Shown here: one piece after another, positions 14,265 through 27,224 of the stretch
Position numbering within the stretch: the stretch's first letter is position 1
How the letters are laid out: each line of letters starts with the position of its first letter
NCBI GenBank assembly: GCA_013239625.1
Contig: MU054323.1
Coordinates: 6,251,220 to 6,315,219, forward strand
Length of the DNA: 64,000 nt
Source of the DNA: Lama guanicoe
Taxonomy: Eukaryota
Reading direction: 5' to 3'
Translations under genes and position numbers: made by a program
Notes under the pieces: model-generated
The model's database searches: none
The model's input: the letters and a program-made list of their open reading frames with translations, nothing else
What the model was told of the DNA's origin: nothing

Positions 14265-15770
14265 CAAGTTAAAGATTTCTTAGATACACCACCAAAAGCA
14301 CAATCTATTAAAAAAAATTTTAATAAACTGAAATACATCAAAATTATAAATTCTTCTCTTTGAAAGACACATTTAAGAGAATCTTTTTAAAGAGTTACAG
14401 ACAGAAAATATTTGCAAATCACAAGGACTGATATCTGGAGTACACACAGCACTCTCGAAACTTCAATAATAAAAACAAGTGAATTTAAAAAACGAACAAA
14501 AGATTTGATTATTTCACCAGAGGTAATGCTGGCAAATCAGCAGACAAAAATATGCTCAATGTTGTTAGTCATTACAGAAATATAAATTAAACTACAATAA
14601 ATATGTATTAAAATTAATTTTAAAAACTAACCACACCAAGTGTTGTCAAGAATATAGAGCAACTGAACTCTCATACATTCTTAGTGAGAATGTAAAGCAG
14701 TATAATCACTCTGGAAAACAGTTTGGTAATTTCTTAGAAACTTAAACGTATACCTCAATCATAAAACCCAGCCATTCCATCCCCAGATGTTTATAAGAAA
14801 AATGAAAACATACGTACAAAGACTTCCATACAAATGTTCCTAACAACTTTATTTGTAATAGCTAGACACCAGAAATGTCAACAATCCAAATGAGCATCAA
14901 CAAATTAATGGATAAACAAACTGTGATATACCCATACAATGGAATGCTGTTTAGCAATAAAAAGGAACACACTGTTGTAATATTCAACAACATGGATGAG
15001 TCTTTCGAATATTACATGACTGAAAGAAAATATACACAAAAAAGAGTATATGCTCATATAAAATTTGAGAAAAATGTAAACTAAGCCATGATGGCAGAAA
15101 GCCAATTAGATTAGTCACTACCTGAGGGTTAGGAGTGGGAAGGCACAAGAAGGTTAGAGTAGGTTACAAACAGGCAGAATGAAATTTGGTGGGGGAGGGG
15201 TGATGAACATATTCATTCTCTTGATTGTGGTGACAGTTTCATAGGTATACCCCTAAGGTATTTCAAACTTACCAAACTGCATACATTAAATACGTGCAAT
15301 GGCAATGGACTACATATACTTCAATAAAGCTTTAAAAAAATTATACCTCAATAAAGCTTAAAAAAAAAAACTGGAAAATGGTTCACAATCTTTCTTTTAC
15401 CCTAACATAGCTCCTTCATTATTAATAGGACTATCTATGACAGTGATTCCTAACTGGAGGAATGTCTGCAGTATAAGAGTTTGAGTAAATTGACACAGGT
15501 ACTTCTTTGAAAACATTATGCAAAGTGAAAGAAGCCAGACACGAAAGGTCACAAATAGGCAAATCTATAGAGGCAGAGTCACTAGTGGTTGTCAAGGGCT
15601 GGGGGAATGGAACTTCACAGAAGTAATAAAATATTCCGGAATTAGATAGTGGTAATGACTGCACACCCATGTGAATATACTAAAAACCAATAAATTTTAC
15701 AGATTAAAAATCAGCATAATGCAGCAAAAATAATGAATTTCAAGGTATATGAATTATACCCTCAACTTTT
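14265..15770 (+). mobile_element. Old L1 3' fragments
   Basis: GATTTCTTAGATACACCACCAAAAGCAC, TGGATAAACAAACTGTG, TCAATAAAGC plus A tail at ~15350-15370. Confidence 0.8.
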
Positions 15771-16322
15771 TTATTTTAATTGGAGGGAACCAATAGTGAT
15801 GGAACTTCCCAAAAGCTAGTGGTGGGAGGGAGAGTCAATAAAATAGTACCTGTGGACCTGATTATTTGTCAGTAGATTTAACATCACTAAGATAAACATT
15901 TTCCTTCTCAAAAAAAAAAACAAAAAAAAACAGAAACAAAAAAATCCACCTACATTATTGGCAAACTGCACTTTTGTGACTTTGGCTAAATTACTTCACA
16001 ATTTGGAACATAGAGAAATTTGCCATAAAGAACTGCTGCTGTAAATGAAAGTACTGAATAAACTGTAACACAAAAGGATCAAAAGTATTTATTATTAAAT
16101 GTAAGGTTCTTTAAATAAAATGTACACGTTCTATGTAATTCTACATTGCAACTATTTCCTTCAACTTTCAGTTGCATGTGTGAATAGAAGTAAATATAAT
16201 AAAAGATGAAACCTATAAGAGATTTCATTCTTTTAAATTCAGCAACACTAATTTTTCTAAGAGGTTGAGCAGAATAAGCTACTCTACTACAAAAAGGAAA
16301 GAAGTTAACTAGACACTTTTAC

Positions 16323-16439
16323 CTATTGGAGGTGCTTGGTACCGATCCACTGTTTTTCTTTGTCTCAAATTATATGGTCTATCATTTTCTTCTCCTTCTG
16401 CCTCTTCAACCTCTATATCGCCATCCTCCTCTTGAGATT
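16323..16439 (-). CDS. ATAD2B: ATAD2B exon 7 (117 nt, ESQEEDGDIEVEE...RYQAPPI)
   Basis: Acceptor aactag|AA, donor TAG|gtaaaa; phase 1 to 1; encodes an acidic tract. Confidence 0.94.
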
Positions 16440-18559
16440 CTAGTTTCCCATGCACAAAGAAAAACAAACAAACCAAAAAAAAACACTGTTTTAACATCCA
16501 CAAGGATTGGTCCACTCTAGAACTAAATATTTATATTTTACCTTTTATTCTTTCTTCACAGCTAACATTTAAGTGTCAACAATGTATGACACAGCATAAA
16601 TCAATACAATTAAAAAGCAATTTAGATGTCTTTCCTAAAAATAATCAACAAAGTTCTTAGCTAAATAAATCCATATTATCATATCAAAGCTCTTGATTTA
16701 CCTATGACCTTTCAACCTCTCTGGTCATACATAACAGTAACACAGGATGATTCAAAATTTTACTACAATTTCTAGTACAAAACTTTACTACAACAATGAA
16801 GCAAACTTCATTCAATGCCCAGTTAACTACTGAATAAGGCTGGCATTCACAATACTACTTGATAGTTTTTTAAAAAAAATGCTTAAAAGATAATTACTAA
16901 TGTTACAGCAAGAGCAATTTTTGTTGACAGTATATGGCCTGTTGACAACAGGTAAACATGGATTAGTTAAGTTTTAGTAGAAAAATTTAGGCAAAGATTG
17001 GGAGAAAGCATAAAACAGATTTCTGGGGTAATGATAATAGTTTATTTCTTGAAATGAGTAATTGCTTTATGATAATTCACCTAGCTATACACTTAAAAAA
17101 AATTATAATATACATGAATCCTAAAAGCTTATTTTTAAAAAGTGGTTTGACTATAGCTATGATGTGATATCTATTTACAGTTTAAAAGTCTGATGAAAAT
17201 GTATAGGCTTATGTTCCCCAAATACTATATTTTATGTATAGGCTTATGTTCCCCAAATACTGTATTTTATGATTAACTTTTTAACCACAAGAATTGTCAA
17301 TGTAACACAATCACATTAAGGCACAGGAAAAAATCTAAAACTTGTCAGCGCTGCTGAATGAAGTAGGAGACTAAAAATGCAAAGGAATTTACATTTTACT
17401 TACAACATCTGAAAGCTTATTTTAAGTTTATAAAAATGTTTATCATTAGGTTGTAGAGAAAATCTGCAAATATAGTATTACTTAACTAAGTAACACTATA
17501 AGTTACTTATACACAAATAAGTTTCCTTAAACCTTCAAAAAATTACTTTTTGGAATAAGTCTGCATAATAACATGCTATTATGGGAAGAAATCCTATGCA
17601 TGGCAAATCTACTTTGGGAACTCTACAAAGGTGTTCAATTAATGGAAAGGCAAAGATGACATTATAATCTGTCTCACCTATACTGATTTTCTCCAAAGGA
17701 AGCAATATAGAGGTTCTAGCTGTAACAACAACAATATTTGCTCAAAAAAGCATCTTCATTAGAAAATATCAGCTCTTCAAAACTTGCTAATAATATATTA
17801 ATTACAGAATTTGAGAAATAAATCCATTTTTCATCTAAGATACAGAAATAGTAGGAGCCAATAAGATTTCTTGGTAAAATACCACTACCTTGCATTTACT
17901 ATACACCAAATCTTCTGAGAATCCATTTTAATGAAGGTTAATATCTACAGAATTAAATCCTATAGATGTACTGTTCATCAATTTATAATCCTTGGGGCAA
18001 ATGTGCATTCATCTGTTCCCAGCTCCAGCCTGACAAATTCAGTCACACTTCTCTGATTCAAACCCCAAACCAGGCCTCAGAAAAGAGCCATACAACGTCC
18101 ACTAGTATCAGCAGTTTCTCCTTCACCATATACTCCTCTTCAGTCCATAACTAAATTTGAGACCCAAATAATCAGAGATTCAGAGGCTATGGGTGGAAGG
18201 TTGACTATGGACAGAGACTTTTAGTTAGAAGATACCTAAATACAAAAGAGGCCTCACCTCACAAGCAAATCAGCCCTTGGCAAATACTGCACCTGATTAG
18301 GTCACTTAAGGACTACCAATAGCTACCAATAAGTACATGATGTAACAATGCATAGTGTACAGTAAAGGCATTTTTCCAAATGAAGGCTATGAAAACTCAG
18401 AAATACCAATGGAATAAAAATTATTTCAAATTATACAATAAAGGCCTTTAAAGGCAAATATCACCCATCCAGCACTATTACACATATATTACTTGTATAT
18501 ATTTTTCTTCACTCCCACCTAAACTCTGTAGTATTTATTTCATAAAGTGCTTTACAAAC

Positions 18560-18668
18560 CTTCTTCTTCACCCTCAGTAGAGACTTCATGATGATTTTGT
18601 ATACCATAACTATTTCTTCTCAGTGACTTTCTTCGCCTTTTCACTCTTGAATACATATCCATGTTTTC
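18560..18668 (-). CDS. ATAD2B: ATAD2B exon 6 (109 nt, ENMDMYSRVKRRRKSLRR...EGEEE)
   Basis: Acceptor ttaaaag|GAA, donor AAG|gtttgt; phase 0 to 1. Confidence 0.94.
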
Positions 18669-19512
18669 CTTTTAAAGAGAGAAATCTATCAAATATTAAC
18701 ATGAAATTCATTCCCAGCTATAAATATCATTAGCCCAATGGGACATGCCGACTCAATAGAATGTATTGAGCACCTATTTGCAAGGCAGAGATTCATGAAA
18801 ATGGAGCTTTCTGAATTCACTAAATGTGAGAAACATGAGGAAAACTAAAACTTATAAAATATTTGAAAATTTAAAACTACAATGCCATGAACATACTTTC
18901 TCCCTTAAGCAAATTATAGCCGAGTAGGATGAAATACAGGTAACTATAAAAGAAAGTAAAACAAGTTTAATGTCATAAAGAAAGGTACAAAATACTTTAG
19001 AATTCAAAAAGATGACCCTCCTCTTTCTGAGTACATTGGGGGCAGGGTGGAGGGAGCAGGCAACATTTGAAATGAGCCTTGAAACAAAAGTAGCACTGCA
19101 TCGGTCCCTAACCAGAAGTATTAACAGGAGTAAGATAGGAAAATAAGAATGATCTGCTTTTATTTGGGCAATGGTTTGTAAGAAATAAAGCTAAAACCAG
19201 ATTGTGAAGGTCAAGGTGTTTTTAATTAATTCAGTACATATTAAAAAACCATAAAGGCTCAGATCAGAAAAGTTGACAGAATCAGAGCTGTCCTTTAAGA
19301 TGACTCTTCTGGCAAAAGTATAGAGTGTTTTTGGGGGAAGGTTGTGGCAAATAAGGTATGGAAAAAAAGACATAAAGCCTCAGATTAAGGTAGAAATGAA
19401 GAAGGAACAGCTCCATTAATTGAAGAAAATCCAAATGCTACTCTATCTCTCTTTAAAGTCCTCAATCAAAACAAAAATTACTTGCAAAGGTTGTTAAAGT
19501 TACTATACTCAC

Positions 19513-19615
19513 AAATTCTGTGTCTGTCCACATCCGAAGTCGTTCTACTTCTCCTGATCGCCGATTCCTTCTAATATTAATGTTGTCCATTTCCTGCAGT
19601 ACAGCTTCGGCAGTA
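19513..19615 (-). CDS. ATAD2B: ATAD2B exon 5 (103 nt, STAEAVLQEMDNINIRRNRR...WTDTEF)
   Basis: Acceptor ttgtag|T, donor TTT|gtgagt; phase 2 to 0. Confidence 0.95.
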
Positions 19616-20737
19616 CTACAATTATAATAAAACTATGGTTTAGGCAATGTGGGGTCACACGTAAAAGAGCTCTTCATCAAAGCATTAATTACATCATCTC
19701 AGCTCTACAAAGCATCCCAACTAATATCTCCTTCAGAACTGGCATCCATCAGAAGATAATGCCCCCCCAAAAGATGGAAAGAGAACATCTTCTACCTTAA
19801 CATATTTATTAAAGTAAAATTTATAAAATAGAAGACTTTTGTTTATAAGTCTCCAGATATTTAAATCCCTAAAACACTACAAATAATTGATCACCAAATC
19901 CAACGGAAAAAAAAAACTAATTCAATCTTTTTATTTGAAGGTGATGTTAAAATTGTAAAGAATAAAGAAATTGTAAAAAGTTTAAAGCCAATATAAGGTT
20001 AACAGATACTTCTGGAAATTAGATGACACTGACATCAACGAAATACATGCTGACATTAGCGCATTTTACCTTTTAAACACATACATATCACTTACTATGC
20101 GTCCATATACTGATCTAAGTCCTTAACAAATAATAATTAACACTCAAATTTGAAACTATCTCTATAGAATATAATTTCACTTCCTTTCAAATAGGGATTA
20201 TATTGACCTCCCTTCTCCAGGCCATTGCAAGGATTAAGTAGGATGATGTATTTACTATCTGAGAAGAATAAAGCTTCACTGCATGTAGATGCTGAGCAGT
20301 CAACTAGGATCATTCACTAGGTACATTCAACATTTGCAGTCTCAAAAGACTTTCAATTTAGAATGCTGACTAAGCAACACTGTACTTACTATGTATCCAT
20401 AAGGAACCTAATGTTGCTTGAAAATTGTCAAAAACACAAATGTTAAATGAACAAGTACTAAAGAACTACAGTAGTGAAGACAGAATAAAATTACCTTTAT
20501 ATTATCTAACTATGCAAAAGAGCTTAAAAGGATGACAAAATTTTAGCTATCACACAAACTGTATTAAATCTAGCAAAGTAATTAGAAATTGACAATCATT
20601 GATAACCATGTTAATTTGAATTAATTTTTAAAACAACTGTATTGATTGCTAAGTCAGTGCTCAGTTATTTTTTAAAACATAAGTGGTTTTAAAAACCAAC
20701 AATTACATGTGACTGCTTACTGCAAAAGCATTCATAC

Positions 20738-20891
20738 CTATTTACTAGTTGGTCAAATAACAAACTCTGGTTCACGCTTTCAAATCTGTTTTTCCTGGAA
20801 CGACAACTTTTTCTGACTTCCATGTCACCATTTATACAAGAAAGGTCCCCATCTCCCTTCTTTTCCCCTCGAAGGGGATGGCTTCGAAGAG
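20738..20891 (-). CDS. ATAD2B: ATAD2B exon 4 (154 nt, SLRSHPLRGEKKGDG...FDQLVN)
   Basis: Acceptor ttgtag|CT, donor TAG|gtatga; phase 1 to 2. Confidence 0.95.
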
Positions 20892-21227
20892 CTACAAAGA
20901 AGAGAAAGATTTCCATTTCAAAGTACAAGGTATAAAAAGAAAGGAAAAAATCAAAAATTACTTTTAAAAGATTATTAAAAGTTTACTATAAACTCAAATG
21001 ACGTTAATATCCATAACTGTTTACAATCTGTCATAATAATTTAAATTATTTCAGTTGTACCAATTTCTCAACGTTTAACAATTATATACATATTTATTAG
21101 GACTGACATCCAGTCATTTCCAACTGTATGCTGAGCATACCAGTAAATCTCTCTATTTTACCCCACCTTAACAGTTCTAACAATGTAAGAATTTCAGTAC
21201 TAACCAGTTTCATAACAGAATACTCAC

Positions 21228-21277
21228 ATAAGCTACTATGTCCGTTTGGTAATGTAGCACCAGGCTGAGAAGTTAAC
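21228..21277 (-). CDS. ATAD2B: ATAD2B exon 3 (50 nt, RLTSQPGATLPNGHSSL)
   Basis: Acceptor ttctag|G, donor TAT|gtgagt; phase 2 to 1. Confidence 0.93.
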
Positions 21278-22414
21278 CTAGAACACAATTATATTTAATA
21301 TGCAAACACATCAACATTCATTTAAAGAAGCAAGAAATGCAATACTGGTGGAACTATTTTAATCTTTAAAGTGTTAGTAATATAATATTACTTTTTTAAG
21401 AGTAAAGACAACATTTTTAACCCTAAGTTTGATAATATACCAATTAATATAATACATTAGCTAAGAGTCATTTCATTACTTCAAGAAAAGCTTTAATAAT
21501 AGATTACAAACTGAACTTACTCCATCTTCAACTCTATAATTTAAAATCCAACAAAAATGCTTAAGCTTAATATGTATCATAAAGTTAACTGATATCATAA
21601 GTAACAATGGTCACAGACATTTACTATTGGTTTTCATTAACAACATAAAATTCAAACAATGACAAATTTATTTAAATAATAAATTGTAAGAAGATAAAAG
21701 TACTTGAACACCAATACCATTTAATATTTTTTTCAAAGTATTTTATTACACATTTTAAACTGACAAATGAAAACTTAGCTAATTTCTCAAAGGCCACTGT
21801 ACAATTCTCCCTTCTGGTGGAGGAACAGAAATGTTAAGTTACTAGAAGGATACTTAAAGGGTCATCAGAATGTGAAGACTTAACGAAAAAAGTCACAGTA
21901 CACCTTCCTATAATTAGAAATTCAAAAACAAAAACTAAATTTTTAAATAACAAAAGGGCTGTCCATGTAAACTTACTAGGATATTTTTTAAATATCCAAT
22001 AATTATTATTTTCAAAGATTAAAAAAAGGGAGGAGAGAGGACATTCAAAAAATAGTAAACATATATGACTATCTTCTATGTGATTTGCACAAAAAATTTT
22101 TAACTAAAATATTCTAACATTTTAACTTCATGTTAAATTATGAATGTTAAATATTATAAATATTAATTATAAATGCCACTACCGAAAAAAAGTCAGAAAT
22201 GATGACTAAAGGATATGAGCAAAAACTATTACATGCTTTCAGACTATCAAAAACACAAAAATAAAGAAGTCCAGTCTTCCTTTTTCCAGAAAACAACCTG
22301 ACTATCTTGTTATACTACCTCTTGCAAAGTATTTCATTTTTAGCACCTTATATGCAAATACACGATCCTCCTGGTATATCAGTTTGAATCTAACGTAATA
22401 AAGCTGATGTATTA

Positions 22415-22511
22415 GGGGGTGGGTATAGGTCAGTGACAGAGCACATCCCTAGCATGCAGGAGGTCCTGGGTTTAATCCACAGTACTTTCCTTAAAAAAAT
22501 TAATAAATAAA
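22415..22511 (+). mobile_element. Vic-1-like SINE
   Basis: tRNA-like head and A-rich tail; degenerate TSD TGATGTATTA/TGACGTATTA. Confidence 0.82.
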
Positions 22512-22596
22512 TTGACGTATTAACAGGTCACTCCTTAGATGATTATACATATGGGATTCTCTAAAAGCACTTTCAAAATCCACTTAAAACCAATTA

Positions 22597-22748
22597 GATG
22601 AAGGGAGGGTATGGCTCAGTGGTAGACAACATGCCTCGCCTGCACAAGGTCCTGGGTTCAATCCTCATTACCGCCATTAAAAGTAATAAATTAATAAACT
22701 CAATTACTTTCCCTCCAACAAAATTAAGACAAATAAACAAACAAAAAA
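22597..22748 (+). mobile_element. Vic-1-like SINE
   Basis: GGGAGGGTATGGCTCAGTGGTAG...CTGGGTTCAATCC, followed by tail. Confidence 0.85.
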
Positions 22749-23393
22749 CACATTGAAAAGCCATAAATATACTTTGGCTTTGGACCCAACATAACATTAG
22801 CTCAGTTTAATCAGTTAATCGTAAGTTTGGCTCCAAAATGAATTTTAGGTGTACACAAGACTAAATGGTTGGAATTTTACATACTTAAAATTACTCAACA
22901 GAATAAGATACTAGCCCTAAAATCATTCTACAAAAAAAAAAAACTAAAACTTTTCTGAACAATGGCAACATCACTGGGAAAAAAAGTACAATAACAAATT
23001 TTTCTTCCTCTGAAGAAGATAGTGCTTACTTGGTTTTTATTTCATTGCTAATGAAAGAATTGTACTAAGGTAGGGGAGGAAAGAAACTTGTTATCAGTCA
23101 ATCCAATTACCTTGCAATCACAGATTATTGTCACCATTTTACCATTATCATTTCTCTTCATAAAAAGGAGAAAGAAAAAACAGGAGACAGAATATGAAAC
23201 ATTGGGTATGTAAAGAGAGAATACTGGGATTTTATGGTCTGCCTATACAATAATATATGTACCTAAAAAGACTCTTGAATCAATGTTCCCAAAAAGTAAT
23301 CACTTAAAATGTAACCAGTTGGACTTGGTAAAGCTGTTGCTGCTATTGGTCTTTTTATATAAATAAAATAAATTGCTCTCTTGCTTGCTCTTT

Positions 23394-23430
23394 AGATAGA
23401 TAGATAGAGAGACAGACAGACAGACAGACA
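23394..23430. repeat. (GATA)n/(GACA)n microsatellite
   Basis: Read directly from the sequence. Confidence 0.85.
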
Positions 23431-23810
23431 AATTTTTTAAAAGTAACCAGGTGGGTTCACTGCTTAACTGAATCCTCCAATAAGTCCTTTATGATTATAA
23501 AGTCTCCTTTATTTTTTTTTTAAGTCTCCTTTATTTTTAAGAAGAGGAAGTAGTTGGGGAATATTTTCCCTAATCTCTGTATCCTAAAAATTTTAAATGG
23601 AGACAGTATCACTTTGCATTAGATAATTATGATATTAAAATTTTCTAAATCTTTAATTATGTGGAGCACATTACCAATGCAATTCCAAAAATCATTACTT
23701 ATTCTTCCTTTCCCACATAAACTCAAGGCATTCAATGATTTATGAGGATTTTAAATCTCAATTCAGCAAAGCATCCATTTGGAAGGACTGTAACCACTGT
23801 CAGCCTTCAA

Positions 23811-24014
23811 TTTTTTTTTCAAAACTTTTTTGTAAACATTCTATTTTTTATATTTTATTTATTTATTAATGTATTATTTAATTATTTTGTTTTGGCAGTG
23901 GCGGGGGGAGAGGTAATTAGGTTTATTTATTTTTAGAGGAGATAATATGGATAGAACCCAGGACCTCATGCATGCAAAGCATGCACTTTACCACTTGAGC
24001 TATACCCTCCCCCC
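23811..24014 (-). mobile_element. Vic-1-like SINE
   Basis: Reverse head GAGCTATACCCTCCCCC; TSD CAGCCTTCAATT/CAGTCTTCAATT. Confidence 0.87.
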
Positions 24015-24231
24015 AGTCTTCAATTCTAATGTACATCAGCAGTGATGATTACAGTTCTGCCTCATCTCACTACTGTCTCATCATCCGACCACAAAACAAA
24101 ACTTCCACAAATTTTAGTGCATAGTTCAGTCTTTTCAAAGATTAAATATTGTCTGTATCTTAGAGTAGGCCTTTCTATTATTCTAAAGGTATCAAATGTA
24201 TGCACATTCTTCATGTTGTCTCCCGCAACCC

Positions 24232-24277
24232 CACACACACACATACACACACACACACACACATACACTCACACACA
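24232..24277. repeat. Imperfect (CA)n microsatellite
   Basis: Read directly from the sequence. Confidence 0.9.
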
Positions 24278-24441
24278 GTCTCCAAGTTTAATAAATGTCT
24301 AGTGGCTAAATAAATGTCAGCTGACAAGACAATAAAATGAGATTCTGTACTAAAATATTTGTAAGCTACAACATCTATCTAGGTTAGCAGGTATATTTGT
24401 GAATCCCTACATATAAGATAAAAAAAAAAAAGAAAAGATGT

Positions 24442-24590
24442 GGGAGGAGGAGGGTATAGCTCAGTGGTACAATGCATGCTTAGCATGCACAAGGTCCTGG
24501 GTTCAATCCCCGGTATGTCCATGAAAAATAATAGATAAATCTAATGAGCTCCCACCAAAAAAATAAATAAACAAAAAAGTTTTTAAAAAG
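24442..24590 (+). mobile_element. Vic-1-like SINE
   Basis: Intact A/B boxes; TSD AAGAAAAGATGT on both sides. Confidence 0.88.
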
Positions 24591-25884
24591 AAGAAAAGAT
24601 GTAATACAGTAAGGATTTTGACCAAGAAAATCCTCATTTTCCCAAAAATTATCAATCATAATTATGTTGATAAATGTGGGTCTTTAAATATACAAACCCA
24701 GATATCTCCCCAAAGAAAACTCATAATCTATCTCAAATCATTTATAAAGATTTTAAAGTTCTAGTTCCATTTTAACCTCTATCTTCATCCAATTATTTAT
24801 CTCTAAAAAGAAAAGTTATTTCAACAATCTGTAAAGAATTTAGTGGTTGTTAACAAAGTGCTTCAGGGTTCACTCTTTTTCATAGCTAGTACTAATTATT
24901 ATCTATATTCAATTTTCCTCTGAACGAATTGTATTTATAACAAATCATTTTTGTGAAAGAGCTTCATTTTACCTTAGATGCTCATTTAGGACTTCAGATT
25001 ACTAAAATAAAAGAATCAGGATTCTTAAATTCATAACATAAAAACGAACACAAGCCTTCAAATAAATCCTGATTTTTGTATTTATACTATCTCAAAATCT
25101 AAAATATTTTTAACTACAAGTTTCCCTAACATTTAATTTTGTTGAATCTAATTAGGTCAAATGGTACTTTCTTTTTTAGATCATCAGAAACACTAAAAAA
25201 TTCTAACAGTGTAGCTCAATCACATCCCTGGATGAAAGTTTAACTCAAAAAACTTTTTAAACTGTGTGAACTGTAAAAAAATAATTCTTCTACCAAAACA
25301 GAAACAGTAAATTTTATCAGTATTCAGTATCTCTTAAGCTTTTAATTCAAAATGTACTTAATAGTTTTTAAATAAAGGACTATCAAACTCTAGGGTACCC
25401 AACCAGAAGGAACACTACCTCTCTCCCGTGAAAAAAGTTTTAAGGCCTTTTCATATGAAAGACAAGATTAAGATTAATTTACATAAAAGCCTTCTGAGTG
25501 AACAAGATGTGGAAAATTTATTGTATTATATACTCATACTTGAATTAAACAGTTAAAATTATCTTACAGTTAAAGATCAAACTTTAAAATGAAAACAACA
25601 TTTTTTAGAAACATTTACCTAGAAAAAGAAGTCTGATTCACTCGCCTAATAAATACAGGATACAGATTACAACAGGTAGATCAAGTCTAGGAGTGTAATT
25701 AAAGGGCAGTACTCATTTTAAGTAACATCATTATGGTGATCTGGATGTGAGTCATCTCACAGATGAATGAGATCAGGAAAGTGGAAAAAAAAAATCAACA
25801 GACTATGTTTCACATATTTTTCTACTTAGCTCCCAGACAATGCAAAATAAAAATCTTTAAGTAGTACATATTAAAATAGGTACA

Positions 25885-26055
25885 GGGGAGGGCATAGTTC
25901 AGCGGAAGAGTGCATGTTTAGCATGCATAACATTGTGGGTTCAATTCCCAGTACCTCCAATAAACAAACAAACAAACAAACCTAATTAAAAATAAATAAA
26001 TCTAATTTTAAACAAACAAACCTAATTACCCCCAAAATTTTTTTTAAATAAAAAA
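25885..26055 (+). mobile_element. Vic-1-like SINE
   Basis: tRNA-like head, (AAAC)n tail, repeated CTAATT motif. Confidence 0.83.
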
Positions 26056-26869
26056 AGGTATAAACTCTTCAGAGACTAGTAAATGTACAATGCCTGTCAA
26101 AGTCTATATAACCTCAAAGATTATTTCATTAAAGACTAACAGTATCCAGAATTTACCTACACTTAGAAAATCAAAACATTGTCAAAAAGGATTTCCCTTT
26201 TACTTTTGTTTGCAGTTGGCACATCATCAGTACCTACCTACATCAAAGACTTCGGAGAAAAAAGAAAGCTAAAGATTCTGAGCTCAAAATTAAATCTTTT
26301 TCTAAGTGTGTGTACACCTATCCTATCTACATTAAACTACTACCATTTACCTTGGTAAGTGAGTAAAACTTTTCCTAATACATATTAAAACACACACAAA
26401 GCAAATTTAAGATGAAAACAAGCAGATGAAAAAATATCTTTAAAAATTAGTTTAGATTTTATTACATTTTAGTGTACCAATTCAAGTAGAGTATTTAATA
26501 ATTTAAGAAAGGGGGGAAGAAAGTAGAGATTTCATCTTATTTTGAAGTAAAATACAGTTCTAACCATATGTTTTTATTTAAATTTTCAGGACTGTAAACA
26601 TATATGCACATTCAAGACCTATCAAAATCCTTATTGTTTTAGTAATAATAGTTTCTATTAAAATCTACATATTTTTAGAAAGCAAATATATTTTTTGGCA
26701 TATTTAGAGAAAGTAGAATTACACACAAAAATTATAAAATAAGCTTAATACAATTTATAGGTATTTCTAGACCGGTGGCTTTACAATTGAAGAAAACTAG
26801 CATTAATAACAGTCCTGACTAACATCAAATAATTCATCAAAAAACAATGGATGAGTTCTGTCTTCTCAC

Positions 26870-27021
26870 CTGGCCTGTCCAGTTGATACGTTCCATTCCT
26901 CTCGCTGACCAGTACTTCGTGATTTTGATTTGTCTTTGCAAAGAGAATCAGGTTGTTTCAAAGTGCGTTTGGCTGGAGGAGACACGTGGCTATCACTTAA
27001 ACTACCATCAACTTCAGCTTT
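26870..27021 (-). CDS. ATAD2B: ATAD2B exon 2 (152 nt, KAEVDGSLSDSHVSPPAKRTLKQ...TGQA)
   Basis: Acceptor tctttcag|AAA, donor CAG|gtgaga; phase 0 to 2. Confidence 0.94.
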
Positions 27022-27224
27022 CTGAAAGACAAAAGTTTAAAATGTATTTCTTACTCCTATAAAAATACATAGAATTCTTAAATTAGATAAAGTAGGTGTT
27101 CGTTCAACCAATAAATATTTACTGAATGAATTCCTCTGCAAGTGTAGCAAAATGTAATAATTTGTAAATACAGAAACAGAAGAGTTAGAAAGATTAAATT
27201 TCTACTTAGAAAAGTATGTTCTTT

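Noticed and set aside
17940..18180. Purine-rich minus-strand segment in intron 6 as a poison exon or retrocopy
   Set aside because: Weak acceptor, no clear donor, and no TSD or A tail.
24442..24520. tRNA genes (here and at similar loci)
   Set aside because: The tRNA-like heads carry A-rich tails and TSDs and diverge from one another, so they are SINEs.
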